Shown: positions 18,808 through 29,411, counted from the stretch's first letter. The stretch is DNA of 64,000 bases from Bacillota bacterium (GCA_036743175.1 DAINQB010000002.1:26757-90756), one strand, 5' to 3'. Numbers and translations are program-made. The notes: a model not told the origin generated them from the letters alone.

Positions 18808-20529
18808 CTATTCCTCTGTTTCAATAAATCCAAAACTGTTTACATCAAACAAACCCTTGTCAGTCAGCTTGATTTCCGGTATTACCGGGAGAGCAAGAAA
18901 TGAAAGCGTAATAAAGGGATCGAGATTCCTGCTGACCCCCAGGGAAAGGGCAATTTCATTCATTAGGTCTATCTTCTCCTCGACTTCCTCTATCGGAGAA
19001 TCGGTCATCAGTCCCCCGACTTCCAGTACAAGGGTTCCAAGTATTTTACCTCCGGAGGAAATTGTCATGCCACCCTTGCATTTCCTTAGCTCACTGACAG
19101 CTGCCAGCATATCCGTATCATTGTCCCCGATTACAATTATGTTATGTGAGTCATGTGCAATCGTCAGTGCAATTGCGCCATTCCTCAGACCGTATCCTTC
19201 AACCAGGCCAATCCCTATGTTACCTGTGCCCTTATGTCTTTCAATTACAGCAAGCTTCAGTATGTCAAGTTTTGGATTATTGCAATACAATCCGTTCTTT
19301 GTTTCTACCTTCCTTATGACTTTCTTTGTGACTATGTTGTCACTTACAATCTGAATCACCTTTACAATGTCAGATTCAAGAGGCATGTCGAAATTGATCT
19401 CCATGCCTTTTTTCAGCCTGACAGTATCAAGGACCCTTTCATCTTTATATGGAGGTGCCTCGAAAAGGGCAATTCCTTCCTCTGCCACCAGTTTCCCTGC
19501 CTTGAAAACCTTGTCAACCTCGAATGCTTCAAGATCATTCAGAACAACCATGTCCGCCTTGAAACCCGGTGCAATTGCTCCCCTGTCAGAAAGACTGTAG
19601 CACTCGGCTGTATTCAAGGTTGCCATTGTAATTGCTTCAATGGCATTGATACCGTTTCTGACCGCCTTTTTGACATTGAAATTGATATGTCCTTCATTCT
19701 TGATGTTCTTCGGATGCTTGTCGTCCGTACAGAACATAATCCTCCGCAGGTTATTTCTATTTACACCTTTTATCAGTGTCTTGAGATTCCTTGTTGCCGA
19801 TCCCTCCCTGATATGTATGTACATTCCTTTGCTTAATTTCTCTGTCATTTCCTCAACGGTTGTACACTCATGGTCAGTTCGTACTCCTGTCGAAATATAT
19901 GCATTAAGGTCTTTGCCCGTCAATCCCGGTGAATGTCCGTCAATCCTCACTTCCTTGAAGTCCTCAAGCTTCCGGTGAACATCCCTGTTTCCCCTGACAA
20001 CACCCGGATAATTCATCATTTCACCCAACCCCAGTACCCTGTCCCTTTTCTTCAAAGGAACAAGATCATCTGCGGTAAGGATTGCTCCGGAATTTTCAAA
20101 ATCAGTGGAAGGGACACAGGAAGGAAGCATTATGAAAACATCCAGTGGAAGCTCCTCGCTGCTGTCCAGCATGAATTCAATTCCTGCAATACCACAGACA
20201 TTTGCTATTTCGTGGGGATCCGCCACTACTGTGGTGGTCCCCTTCACGATTACGGACTTTGCAAACTGCGGAGGGGTGAGCATTGAAGATTCAATATGAA
20301 CATGTCCGTCTATGAAACCGGGACTGACATATTTCCCCTGTACATCAATTTCAATTTTTCCATGGTACTCACCGACACCTGCAATATATCCATCATATAC
20401 TGCTATGTCCCCACGGTCTATTTCACCCGTAAAGACATTGACTACCATACAGTTCTTCAAAACCAGGTCTGCCTTTGCGTCTCCCCTTGCCACCTTGACC
20501 ATCTGAATTGTATTCATGATATCCTCCAA
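18808..20529 (-). CDS. ade: adenine deaminase
   Basis: A 573-aa amidohydrolase with the HxH metal motif (GFIDGHVHIESS). It has the length and architecture of AdeC-type adenine deaminase. Confidence 0.85.
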   Translation of the reverse strand: MEDIMNTIQMVKVARGDAKADLVLKNCMVVNVFTGEIDRGDIAVYDGYIAGVGEYHGKIEIDVQGKYVSPGFIDGHVHIESSMLTPPQFAKSVIVKGTTTVVADPHEIANVCGIAGIEFMLDSSEELPLDVFIMLPSCVPSTDFENSGAILTADDLVPLKKRDRVLGLGEMMNYPGVVRGNRDVHRKLEDFKEVRIDGHSPGLTGKDLNAYISTGVRTDHECTTVEEMTEKLSKGMYIHIREGSATRNLKTLIKGVNRNNLRRIMFCTDDKHPKNIKNEGHINFNVKKAVRNGINAIEAITMATLNTAECYSLSDRGAIAPGFKADMVVLNDLEAFEVDKVFKAGKLVAEEGIALFEAPPYKDERVLDTVRLKKGMEINFDMPLESDIVKVIQIVSDNIVTKKVIRKVETKNGLYCNNPKLDILKLAVIERHKGTGNIGIGLVEGYGLRNGAIALTIAHDSHNIIVIGDNDTDMLAAVSELRKCKGGMTISSGGKILGTLVLEVGGLMTDSPIEEVEEKIDLMNEIALSLGVSRNLDPFITLSFLALPVIPEIKLTDKGLFDVNSFGFIETEE

Positions 20530-20530
20530 A

Positions 20531-21067
20531 TCAAAATACCGGCGGTGTTATGGTAGAAATAAATCTAAGCATACTATCCCCATTGTTCACAATCCTGTGC
20601 GGTATACTGGAAAAATAGTATATGGTGTCTCCCTCTTCCAGAATGTATTCATCATCGCCAATCTGTATCCACATGCTGCCCTCAAGAACATGGGTAACTT
20701 CCTCACCTGTGTGCGACAGCGGTTCATCACAGGTTTCCGCTCCCGGTTCAAGGGTCGCCATGAACATCTCCATCTGTCTGTTAAGATCAGGGGACAGCAG
20801 CTCATAGGTAAGATGTGATTTGCGGAAATTCCGGCTTTGCCTATTGTCCTTCCTGACTACGATTCCAGTGTTCTTTTCCTCAGTGAAAAAGAAAAATACA
20901 GCCACATCAAGGGCCTCTGCAATTTTTCTCAGGGAGGTAATGGACGGTTCAGCCAGTTCCCTCTCAACCTGACTGATGAAACCTGATGTCAGTCCTGTTT
21001 TCTCAGCAAGCATCTTCATGCTCATTCCAAGTTCATTTCTTTTTCTTCTTATTTTTTCACCTATCAC
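20531..21067 (-). CDS. XRE-family HTH transcriptional regulator with C-terminal cupin domain
   Basis: The HTH_3 segment reads LAEKTGLTSGFISQVERE, and the C-terminal part is a cupin. Confidence 0.8.
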   Translation of the reverse strand: MIGEKIRRKRNELGMSMKMLAEKTGLTSGFISQVERELAEPSITSLRKIAEALDVAVFFFFTEEKNTGIVVRKDNRQSRNFRKSHLTYELLSPDLNRQMEMFMATLEPGAETCDEPLSHTGEEVTHVLEGSMWIQIGDDEYILEEGDTIYYFSSIPHRIVNNGDSMLRFISTITPPVF

Positions 21068-21915
21068 TTGCTATCCCCCGCCTTGTCAAAGAATTCATCC
21101 AATATATTCATGCATACTTTTTTCCTGTAAACCGCTGTAGATCTCTGGTCATCGATGGGTCTTATCAACTCATTGTACCCGTGCTTTACTTCATTTCTGA
21201 CTGACTCAATTCCTTCAGTGCCAAGACCTTTCATTGAAGCTTCCAGACTTCTGCTCCTGACAACCGTCGGTGCCACAGCACCAAAGGCACACCTGAATTC
21301 CTCTATCCTGCCCTTCCTGTATGAGATTCCTCCTGCAAAGGAAACCTTTGATATGGCATCGGATTTTCTTCCACCTATCTTACAATAATGCAGCTTGTCA
21401 AATCTTACATCATTGATGACTATTTCCTTGATCATTTCCCTGTCTGCAAGCACAGTCTTGCCCGGGCCGACAATGAACTCTTCTATGGGAACCATTCTTT
21501 CCGTTCCTTTCCCATCGATGACAATCTTTGCATCAAGGATATACAGAACCGGAAGTGAATCACCCGCAGGTGATGCATTGCCTATGTTGCCCCCGATTGT
21601 TGCTATATGCCTTATTCCCGGGGATGCCATCAGGCGTACTGCCACTTTTAGTATTTCCGGAATCTGTTTATGTACAAGGATGTCTTCAAGGGTAGTCATT
21701 GAACCGATATGCAAAAAGCCTCCGCTTTTTCTAATGTATTTTAGCTCAGCCAGTTCTGATATGAACAAAACATCCCTGTCAAACAATGGAGACAATCCGG
21801 CCCAGTTCCTTTTTTTCACCATAAGGTCCGTGCCGCCTGCCATCAGGATCATTTTGTTTTCATCAAGCAAACCAAGGGCTTCCTCATAGGTCCCGGGAAT
21901 GAATGACCTTACCAT
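21064..21915 (-). CDS. xdhB: molybdenum hydroxylase FAD-binding subunit (XdhB/CoxM-like), triad 1
   Basis: FAD-binding motifs include ATIGGNIGNASPAGD. The start was chosen at MVRSFIPGTYEEAL, which has an AAAGGGGGAGGGG RBS. Confidence 0.85.
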   Translation of the reverse strand: MVRSFIPGTYEEALGLLDENKMILMAGGTDLMVKKRNWAGLSPLFDRDVLFISELAELKYIRKSGGFLHIGSMTTLEDILVHKQIPEILKVAVRLMASPGIRHIATIGGNIGNASPAGDSLPVLYILDAKIVIDGKGTERMVPIEEFIVGPGKTVLADREMIKEIVINDVRFDKLHYCKIGGRKSDAISKVSFAGGISYRKGRIEEFRCAFGAVAPTVVRSRSLEASMKGLGTEGIESVRNEVKHGYNELIRPIDDQRSTAVYRKKVCMNILDEFFDKAGDSK

Positions 21916-22382
21916 AATCCCCTCCCCCTTTCTGCAGCCCGCAGAACCGCTGTGACAATCATGTTGTATCCTGTACATCTGCAAAGATTCCCTGAAAGCG
22001 CATCACGTATTTCTTCTTCAGTTGGATTGGGGTTCTTGTTCAGTAGCGATTCCGTTGCAATTACCATTCCGGGAATACAAAAACCACACTGTACGGCACC
22101 TTCATCTTCATATGCACCATGGATGACCCTGTATCTTTCAGTCTTTGAAAATCCGTCTATGGTGACAATGTCCTTTCCAATGGCATTGCCAACAGGCATA
22201 AGACATGAACTTACAATCTCGTTGTCAACCAGAACCGAGCAGGCTCCGCATTCACCTTCTCCGCAGCCTTCCTTCACACCCGTAAGTCCGAAATCCTCCC
22301 TTAGCACATCCAGAAGTCGTTTCGTGGGATCAACATCAATGGTTACATTTTCACCATTCAAAACAAATTTAATCTCTGTCAT
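21909..22382 (-). CDS. xdhC: molybdenum hydroxylase [2Fe-2S] subunit (XdhC/CoxS-like), triad 1
   Basis: Two 2Fe-2S motifs are present: CGEGECGACSV and CGFCIPGM...CRCTGY. Confidence 0.9.
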   Translation of the reverse strand: MTEIKFVLNGENVTIDVDPTKRLLDVLREDFGLTGVKEGCGEGECGACSVLVDNEIVSSCLMPVGNAIGKDIVTIDGFSKTERYRVIHGAYEDEGAVQCGFCIPGMVIATESLLNKNPNPTEEEIRDALSGNLCRCTGYNMIVTAVLRAAERGRGLW

Positions 22383-24465
22383 TTTCCAATAGCTCCATTA
22401 TGTATTCCGGCGTTGCCGGTATCTTCATGACATTTCTGTCGATTGCATTTTCAATAGCCAGTGCAACCGCAGGTGCTCCTCCGACAAGGGGGAGTTCCCC
22501 GGCACCCTTTGCTCCATATGGTCCAAGGGGAAAAGGATTGTCCATTATAACTGATTCAACGGGAGCACTGTCACATGCTGTGGGAATTATATAATCCGTG
22601 ACATTCCGCTGTCTCAGCTTCCCGTCCTTTGCATCCATTACTTCAATGGTTCCATATGCAACACCCTGGAGCAAACCACCTTCTATCTGACCTATGATGA
22701 TTCTTTCATCAATTGCCTTTCCTACATCATAGACTCCCCAGAGTTTTTTGACAGTAACCTCATACGTTGCCCTGTCCACCTCAACCTCAGCAACATTGAC
22801 ACCCCATGAATATGCCGGATAGGCATCCCCCGTAAGGGTTTCATCGTCCCACTCAACATAATCAGGTTGTCTGTATCTTTCCTCAACAAGGATTTCCTTT
22901 CCGTCAATCCATTGTTCCTTGAGTTTCAATGCAGCCCTTGCAATCAATCCGCCTACAACCATAATTGTCCTTGAGGCAACGGTAGGTCCTGAATCAGGAA
23001 CCAGGTCGGTATCCGGATTGTTGTAAATCACTCTGTCCACGGGAATTTCCAGTATCCCCGCGGCTATCTTTCTAAGTGTTGTAAATGCACCCTGGCCCAT
23101 TTCGGTGTTTGCTGCCAGAACGGTAACGGTATCATCCTTGTTCTTCTGAAGCCTGACGACTCCCTTTATGTGTTTTTGTTCACCGCTCCCCGTAAAACCG
23201 CAGCCATGGAGGAACCAGGACATCCCAATACCTCTGAAATCACCCGGTTTCGAATATTCCATGACCTTTTCCCTGTAACCGGAAATTTCCATGACCTTTT
23301 CAATCATTTCATTCATTATGATGGGATCCCTGAATTTACCTCCCGTGGATGTTGCATCCCCTTGTCTGGCAAGGTGCCTCTTTCTGAATGCCAGGTTATC
23401 TTCACCCAGTTCCTTCGCAATATGATTGATGAACATCTCAATGGCAAAGAACATCTGTGGTGCTCCGAATCCCCTGAAGGCTCCGTTTGGAACTGTGTTT
23501 GTTTCATATACATCACCGGAGACGCTTAAATTGTCAATTGTATAGACCCCGCTGGCGGCAATCATTGCCCTTTGGAGCACAACACCAGAAAGACCTATAT
23601 ATGCACCGCTGTCCAATGAAACATGAACCCTCATTGCACTTATGTTGTTGTCCCCGTCGATGGCTGCCTGGAATTTAATAAGGGAAGGATGTCTTTTGGT
23701 GGTTGATTCAATGTCTTCGACCCGGTCATATATGAGTCTTACAGGTCTGCCGGTCTTCATTGATGCCACTGCAACCTGGCAGCCTATCAAAGATGGGAAC
23801 TCCTCCTTGCCGCCGAATGCCCCGCCGGTTGCTGCCTGTTGGATCCTTACCTTGTCAGGCTCCAGTCCCATGGCCTGTACCACGGCATTCTTTATATAGT
23901 ATGGGCATTGCATGGACCCGATTACCGTGGATTTACCATCTTCAAAGATCCCGATTATACCCTGGGGTTCAAGATATATATGTTCCTGATACCCAGTCCT
24001 GTATTCACCGTTGACAATGCGTTTGTCCCCGGCGAAATATTCATCTGCATTCCCCTTTTCATAGTCATAATGAACTACACTTTTAACATAATCAAATTCA
24101 GGAACCAAGGGCTCGTACTCTACTTTTATCCCTTCTACTATTTCCCTGATTACCCCTCTGTCCTCACCGACTACCATAAGAATCGGTTCTCCTATGTACC
24201 TGACCTCTTCCTCAGCAAAGACAGGCATATCGTCAAAGATTATCTTCACCCTGTTCCTTCCGGGTACATCATTTCGGTCAATGATGTAATATCCATCGGG
24301 AATCTCCGGAAACCTGATTTCCCTGATCCTGGCCCTTGCCATGGTCGACCGAAGGGTCCTTGCGTGAAGTGCGCCTTCAACCTTCATATCGCCTATATAC
24401 TCAATGCTTCCGGAAGTCTTTCCATATGTATCAAGTTTGTTTATAGGTCTGCTGATATCATTCAT
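22369..24465 (-). CDS. xdhA: molybdopterin-binding large subunit of xanthine dehydrogenase-family hydroxylase, triad 1
   Basis: The a/b hammerhead and MoCo-binding domains are present, including the GGAFGGKE motif. The start was chosen at MNDISRP, which has an AAGGAGG RBS. Confidence 0.9.
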   Translation of the reverse strand: MNDISRPINKLDTYGKTSGSIEYIGDMKVEGALHARTLRSTMARARIREIRFPEIPDGYYIIDRNDVPGRNRVKIIFDDMPVFAEEEVRYIGEPILMVVGEDRGVIREIVEGIKVEYEPLVPEFDYVKSVVHYDYEKGNADEYFAGDKRIVNGEYRTGYQEHIYLEPQGIIGIFEDGKSTVIGSMQCPYYIKNAVVQAMGLEPDKVRIQQAATGGAFGGKEEFPSLIGCQVAVASMKTGRPVRLIYDRVEDIESTTKRHPSLIKFQAAIDGDNNISAMRVHVSLDSGAYIGLSGVVLQRAMIAASGVYTIDNLSVSGDVYETNTVPNGAFRGFGAPQMFFAIEMFINHIAKELGEDNLAFRKRHLARQGDATSTGGKFRDPIIMNEMIEKVMEISGYREKVMEYSKPGDFRGIGMSWFLHGCGFTGSGEQKHIKGVVRLQKNKDDTVTVLAANTEMGQGAFTTLRKIAAGILEIPVDRVIYNNPDTDLVPDSGPTVASRTIMVVGGLIARAALKLKEQWIDGKEILVEERYRQPDYVEWDDETLTGDAYPAYSWGVNVAEVEVDRATYEVTVKKLWGVYDVGKAIDERIIIGQIEGGLLQGVAYGTIEVMDAKDGKLRQRNVTDYIIPTACDSAPVESVIMDNPFPLGPYGAKGAGELPLVGGAPAVALAIENAIDRNVMKIPATPEYIMELLENDRD

Positions 24466-24476
24466 GGAAACCTCCT

Positions 24477-25550
24477 TCAGGACAATGCCCCGACGGGACA
24501 TTTTGAAATACAAAGTCCGCATCCGAAACACTTGTCTTTGTCTATTATTATTTTTTCGTCATAGGTTATGGCAAAGTACGGACATATCCGTTCACAAAGC
24601 CTGCAGTGTGTACACTTGTCTTCATCCAGTACTGTTGCTGTTGGTTCATATACGGTTTCAATTGAAAGTCCGGTGTCATATACTTCCTTCACATCACTGA
24701 ACCCATATTTGTCCAGGACAGCAGGCAGCTCCTTTATTATCTTTGAGTACAGGTCCTTGCCTTTCAGCAAAGCTCCGGAAAGCATCTGTACTCCGCTGGC
24801 TCCGGCAAGAAGGAACTGCAGTATGTCATCTGCATTCTGTACTCCTCCCGTTCCGATCACAGTAAAATCAGGCAGTGCTTTCTTGATGGTATAAACTATA
24901 CCCAGGGCCAGATTCCTGATGACAGGACCCGATGTCCATACGAATCCACTCTCCCCGCAATATTCAAGGCTTCTTTTTGATATGTTTATGTTCATGGTTG
25001 GTCCAAGGGAATTGATTGCCGCAACACCGGTGGCTCCCGCTTCCCTCACGGCTTCTGCAAATTTTACAGGTTCGGGTATATGGGGGCTTATCTTCATATA
25101 AATCGGCTTTTTCGTATTGCTTCTTATTGCCCTCACTGTGTTTGAAATCACCGAAAGGTCCTTGCCTACATAATGGGTTGAAACTTCAAATGCATCTGCA
25201 AATGCATCAAGCCTCGGGACAAGAATCTCCATGTCCTCCCTTGTATATCCCATGCTGACGATCAATGGTTTGGTTTTTATCTTCATGAACTCCGGTAGAA
25301 TTTCATCAGTCCATTTTTCCATGGGAAATTCAGACCATAGTTCTGAATTCATGACATGGCTTCGGTCACCGTATATACATGGACGCGGTACCCTGGCGGC
25401 CTTGACTGAGATGGTCTTTGTTACAACTGCACCGACTCCCTGTTCCTGGATGAACTTCATTTTCTCAAGGTCACCTGTCAGTGGACCGGAGGCAGGCATA
25501 AGTGGATTATCCAATATCAATCCGTCGAATTCAGTCTTCAATCTGTTCAT
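24477..25550 (-). CDS. dihydroorotate/dihydropyrimidine dehydrogenase family protein (PreA-like) with C-terminal 2x[4Fe-4S] ferredoxin domain
   Basis: A DHOD-like TIM barrel is followed by CTHCRLCERICP and CFGCGLCISKCP motifs. Confidence 0.8.
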   Translation of the reverse strand: MNRLKTEFDGLILDNPLMPASGPLTGDLEKMKFIQEQGVGAVVTKTISVKAARVPRPCIYGDRSHVMNSELWSEFPMEKWTDEILPEFMKIKTKPLIVSMGYTREDMEILVPRLDAFADAFEVSTHYVGKDLSVISNTVRAIRSNTKKPIYMKISPHIPEPVKFAEAVREAGATGVAAINSLGPTMNINISKRSLEYCGESGFVWTSGPVIRNLALGIVYTIKKALPDFTVIGTGGVQNADDILQFLLAGASGVQMLSGALLKGKDLYSKIIKELPAVLDKYGFSDVKEVYDTGLSIETVYEPTATVLDEDKCTHCRLCERICPYFAITYDEKIIIDKDKCFGCGLCISKCPVGALS

Positions 25551-25553
25551 AAA

Positions 25554-26816
25554 TCAGCTCCTGTTCAATCTGTCCCACAGTTTACCTGCGGTTTTTACTG
25601 CTTTTACAATTTCCTCGTTTGCAACGGTGCTGCAAATACAGTTCTCAACAATCCTCTTTCCGTTCTTCCATACATCTGCCGGTTTGAGGCTGCCGGACAA
25701 TCCAAAAAGGATATGCCCGAATGCATTGCTTTCATCCATTGGTGAAATGGGTTCATAGCAGACCTTGATGATATCTGCATCATAACCTTCCTTTATACGC
25801 CCAATTTTCAATCCCATATATTCATTCATATACTTATAATTTTCATTCACCAATTCAAGAAGTCCGCCAAGACCGAAGGCAACAGGGGAACTGTACTTAT
25901 GTTTCATTGCCAGCAGCAGGCTCATCCATTCAGATGCTATTCCCATCGACATGCCGTCATTTCCTATAAGACACCGGACATTATGCTTTTTCAACATTCT
26001 GACATCAGGCAGTCCGACAGCATTGTTCATGTTTGACTGAATGTTGAGTGCCACATAACATTGGTTCTTCGCTATAAGGTCTGCTTCATCCTCATTTATG
26101 TGTATGCAGTGGGATAGAATCGATCCCTTGTTCAGAAGTCCGAAATCATAAAGCCTTTGGACAACTCTCATGCCGTGATAATCCATGCAGCTTTCCTGGT
26201 CAAGCCAGCTTTCCGCTGCATGTATATGAATGGGTCTGTTTCCAAGCACCTTCTTCACTTTTTCAAGGGTTTCATCCGAAAGGGACATTGAAGCATGAAG
26301 TCCGAACATATCACCGTTTTCAAGGTTTTCGGCAATGCAGTCATCAATATCAAACCGGTCGCTGGTCTCAAAACAAAGTGAACCCGTAAGTCCCGCCTTT
26401 TCAAATGCAGATTTTATCAATCCAAGTGAGCCCCTGATGTATCCGCTGGCATGATGGTCAATTACAGTGGTAACCCCGTTCAATAAGTACTCACGGGCAG
26501 CCGTCAGTGCGCTGTAATAAATATCATCCTTTTCAAGATGCGAATCTATCTTCCACCAAAGCTGGTCAAGCAGTTCCTGGAAGTTTGCAGGGTTGAACGG
26601 AAGGGCCAGTCCCCGTGAAAAGGTTGAATAGATGTGTGTATGGGCTACGGTAAGACCGGGCATGACCAGCGCTCCCCGGCAATCAGTTATATCGTATCCT
26701 TTGTCCCTGAAGGTCTTCATGTCCCCGACCATTTCTATTTTTTCATCAAATACAACAAAACCATTTTCAATATAGTTTTCAAAGTCATATATCCTTGCAT
26801 TTGTCAGAGCAAACAT
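25554..26816 (-). CDS. ssnA: SsnA-like amidohydrolase (chlorohydrolase/aminohydrolase family)
   Basis: An amidohydrolase fold with an HxH motif (TVAHTHIYS). It occupies the conserved position of ssnA in purine-catabolic clusters. Confidence 0.7.
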   Translation of the reverse strand: MFALTNARIYDFENYIENGFVVFDEKIEMVGDMKTFRDKGYDITDCRGALVMPGLTVAHTHIYSTFSRGLALPFNPANFQELLDQLWWKIDSHLEKDDIYYSALTAAREYLLNGVTTVIDHHASGYIRGSLGLIKSAFEKAGLTGSLCFETSDRFDIDDCIAENLENGDMFGLHASMSLSDETLEKVKKVLGNRPIHIHAAESWLDQESCMDYHGMRVVQRLYDFGLLNKGSILSHCIHINEDEADLIAKNQCYVALNIQSNMNNAVGLPDVRMLKKHNVRCLIGNDGMSMGIASEWMSLLLAMKHKYSSPVAFGLGGLLELVNENYKYMNEYMGLKIGRIKEGYDADIIKVCYEPISPMDESNAFGHILFGLSGSLKPADVWKNGKRIVENCICSTVANEEIVKAVKTAGKLWDRLNRS

Positions 26817-28120
26817 TTTCCGTTTCCTCCTTTCAGTAATTCATTCTCTATTACAAACTGACCCTTTGACATTACTGAAACCACCTTTATCATGGATGCA
26901 AATACTCCTGAACCCTGTCTGTAAATGGAATAATCCGAGGCCGAATGGTCATCTTTCTTCAGATAAGGACCATTGTCATCAATTATCACAAGGTCAGCAT
27001 CGGATTCCTCCCGGATCACTCCCTTCCTGGGGTAAAGTCCGAAGATCCTGGCAGGGTTCTCGCTCATCCTGTCAATGGCATCGTTTCCCAATAATCCATA
27101 CATTACAGTGAAGGAATATTCCACGGAACCAACTCCCATAGGTATGTCAATCAGGTTTTCCCTTTTCTTTTCAGCTCTCATATATGCGCAGTGATCGGTT
27201 CCGATTGTTTCTACAAACATAACATTGTTCAACAGCAATCCCTGTGCACGATGACTGCGAAGAGGAGGTATCATTGTATAGAGGTAACCGTCGGCATTGT
27301 CATATTCATGAAGGTTGAAATAAAAATAGTGCGGACAGCTCTCAATGTGAAATTTATCTCCAAGGAGATGGGGATATCTGCTTGCCAGGGCCCGTACCGT
27401 ATGACCGCTGCTGACATGAACCATATAAAGGTTCCCGCCTGTTTCCTCAGTCATTTTCGCAAGGGACAGTGCCTCGGATATCTCAGCTTCCTCATTCCGG
27501 GCATAGGTGATGTCCCATACTTTATGCCCCGGCATTATTCCGACCATGTTGTCGTTCTCTGCATGGACAAGGAGAGTGAAACCAAGTTCCTTTGAAAGAC
27601 CCAGGAGTTCATATATCTCCCTGGTATATGTCCGTCTGCCTGATTCTGAATATGTTGTGAATATCTTTATTGAATCCAGGCCCATTGATTTCGATGCCTT
27701 TGTCAGTTCCCTGGTATGACCGACGGGATTTGCAAGAGTTGCATGGAATTTATAATCAACCACACTTTTTGAAGCAAGATCCATTCTTTTCTCAAGGGCT
27801 TTTTCCAGGTCATCTGCCTTTGATACGGGATCCAGGAAATCAATGAATGTGGTTATACCACCGAATGCGGCTGAAACCGAACCTGTATGAAAATCATCAC
27901 ATGACACTATGTTCCCTGTGTCAAGTTCAAAGTGAACATGGGGGTCAATGAGCCCGGGAATTATCTTCTTACCCTTTGCGTTGTATGTTTTCCTGCATGG
28001 CAACTCGTCACTGTCAATGCGTTTTATAACATCTCCATCAACATAGATATTGACTTTCCTGAATGCCCTGTCTATATAAGCCAGACCACCCAATATACCA
28101 AAATCATACAAATCTCTCAC
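26804..28120 (-). CDS. hyuA: dihydropyrimidinase/hydantoinase family cyclic amidohydrolase (HyuA/YgeZ-like)
   Basis: The HxH motif is GLIDPHVHFE, and the length and architecture are hydantoinase-like. Confidence 0.85.
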   Translation of the reverse strand: MRDLYDFGILGGLAYIDRAFRKVNIYVDGDVIKRIDSDELPCRKTYNAKGKKIIPGLIDPHVHFELDTGNIVSCDDFHTGSVSAAFGGITTFIDFLDPVSKADDLEKALEKRMDLASKSVVDYKFHATLANPVGHTRELTKASKSMGLDSIKIFTTYSESGRRTYTREIYELLGLSKELGFTLLVHAENDNMVGIMPGHKVWDITYARNEEAEISEALSLAKMTEETGGNLYMVHVSSGHTVRALASRYPHLLGDKFHIESCPHYFYFNLHEYDNADGYLYTMIPPLRSHRAQGLLLNNVMFVETIGTDHCAYMRAEKKRENLIDIPMGVGSVEYSFTVMYGLLGNDAIDRMSENPARIFGLYPRKGVIREESDADLVIIDDNGPYLKKDDHSASDYSIYRQGSGVFASMIKVVSVMSKGQFVIENELLKGGNGKCLL

Positions 28121-28592
28121 CTGTTTCCACTATTTCTATATCTGCGAATCCGTATTTTGCAACTACCTCCTGCAGATTGGTGTCCCTTACAACCAGGACG
28201 GCATCAATGCCTGAATCCGCAATTTTCACAACCGTTTCGTGAAAGCACAAACCTTCAAGCTCAAGGGACCCAATTTCATCAAGGAAAATCGTTCCCACTC
28301 CGCTTTTTATCATCAGGTCAACCCCTGTGCTTACCACGGAAACCGCCTCCCCGGAAAAACTATATGGTCCCAGTGAGCAACTCTCATCCCATTTGGAAGG
28401 CAGTGCGTATTTTCTTCTGGCAAGGGGTATCCTTTCCCCTGATGACAACCTTATCAAATCAAATCCGATTACGATGTCATCATTCATCAATTTCACAGAG
28501 GCAAACCCATCACCATTTTCGCAACGCCTGTATTCATCCATAAGCCTGGTGGTCTTTCCTGAATGAATGGGACCTGTTATCAATGTGATCAT
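28104..28592 (-). CDS. P-loop NTPase, THEP1/MobB-like (putative cofactor-maturation accessory NTPase)
   Basis: Walker A reads GPIHSGKTT and Walker B reads IFLDEIGSLELEG. The protein is small at 162 aa and lies beside an XdhC-like gene. Confidence 0.55.
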   Translation of the reverse strand: MITLITGPIHSGKTTRLMDEYRRCENGDGFASVKLMNDDIVIGFDLIRLSSGERIPLARRKYALPSKWDESCSLGPYSFSGEAVSVVSTGVDLMIKSGVGTIFLDEIGSLELEGLCFHETVVKIADSGIDAVLVVRDTNLQEVVAKYGFADIEIVETGERFV

Positions 28593-29404
28593 GTATAGGT
28601 CACCGGTCTCATATGTCTGTGTCCCGTCCTTTTGTTTTTAACCGCCAGTATTTCAGCGCAGATGGATACTGCTATTTCTTCAGGGGAGCCACCTCCCGTA
28701 TCAAGGCCTACAGGAGAATAAAAGTTTGACAAATCAGGTTCGCCGAATCTCTCCTTTATCCTTTTCATGAATACCGCAAGTTTTTCCATTGAACACAGCA
28801 TGCCTATATATGAAGGCGTCAGTTTAAGTTCAAGTATTTCTTCAATCACGTTATAGTCATACTTGTGTGAGGGTGTGCACACAAGGACGAATCCTCCGTC
28901 CCTGATACCTTCCTTCCTTATGAAGTCCACAAAGGATGAGTTTACCTTTCTGTCAGCTCCCGTAAAAGTGTCTATGACATGTGTTCTGTCATCAATCACC
29001 GTCACATGATAATTCATTGTCTTTAGTACATTCACCGTGGCCTGCCCTACATGACCTGCTCCGAATACATATACATATGCATCCGGACCAATGTATTCAT
29101 AGAACAGGGTCACCGTTCCGCCGCAGATCATTGGCAGTGTTGTGGCATCATCAATTATTTCTCCTTCGTTGAGATAATATTTCTCAAGGAGATTCTGTCC
29201 GGTCTTCATAAGCTCCCTGCATTTTTCGCGGGCATGGAATTCAAGGGCACCGCCCCCTACTGTCCCGGAGGCCTGACCGTCTTCACAGACAATCATTTTC
29301 TTGCCTGCTTCCACAGGTCCCGCTCCCGTCTTGTCAACTGCAGTAACCAGCATGCATGCCATTCCGCTGCCGGACATTCTTGCTATTTCGTCAAAGATCT
29401 TCAT
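28589..29404 (-). CDS. XdhC/CoxI family molybdenum-cofactor insertion accessory protein (YqeB-like)
   Basis: An XdhC_CoxI N-domain (ACMLVTAV...GSAG-like) is followed by a Rossmann C-domain (YVFGAGHVGQA). The start was chosen at MKIFDEIARM, which has a GGAGA RBS. Confidence 0.8.
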   Translation of the reverse strand: MKIFDEIARMSGSGMACMLVTAVDKTGAGPVEAGKKMIVCEDGQASGTVGGGALEFHAREKCRELMKTGQNLLEKYYLNEGEIIDDATTLPMICGGTVTLFYEYIGPDAYVYVFGAGHVGQATVNVLKTMNYHVTVIDDRTHVIDTFTGADRKVNSSFVDFIRKEGIRDGGFVLVCTPSHKYDYNVIEEILELKLTPSYIGMLCSMEKLAVFMKRIKERFGEPDLSNFYSPVGLDTGGGSPEEIAVSICAEILAVKNKRTGHRHMRPVTYT

Positions 29405-29411
29405 GCGTCTC

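Noticed and set aside
18857-20299. Series of plus-strand ORFs of 60-227 aa
   Set aside because: All are nested antisense within the well-supported adenine deaminase gene. They are frame shadows with no RBS or motifs.
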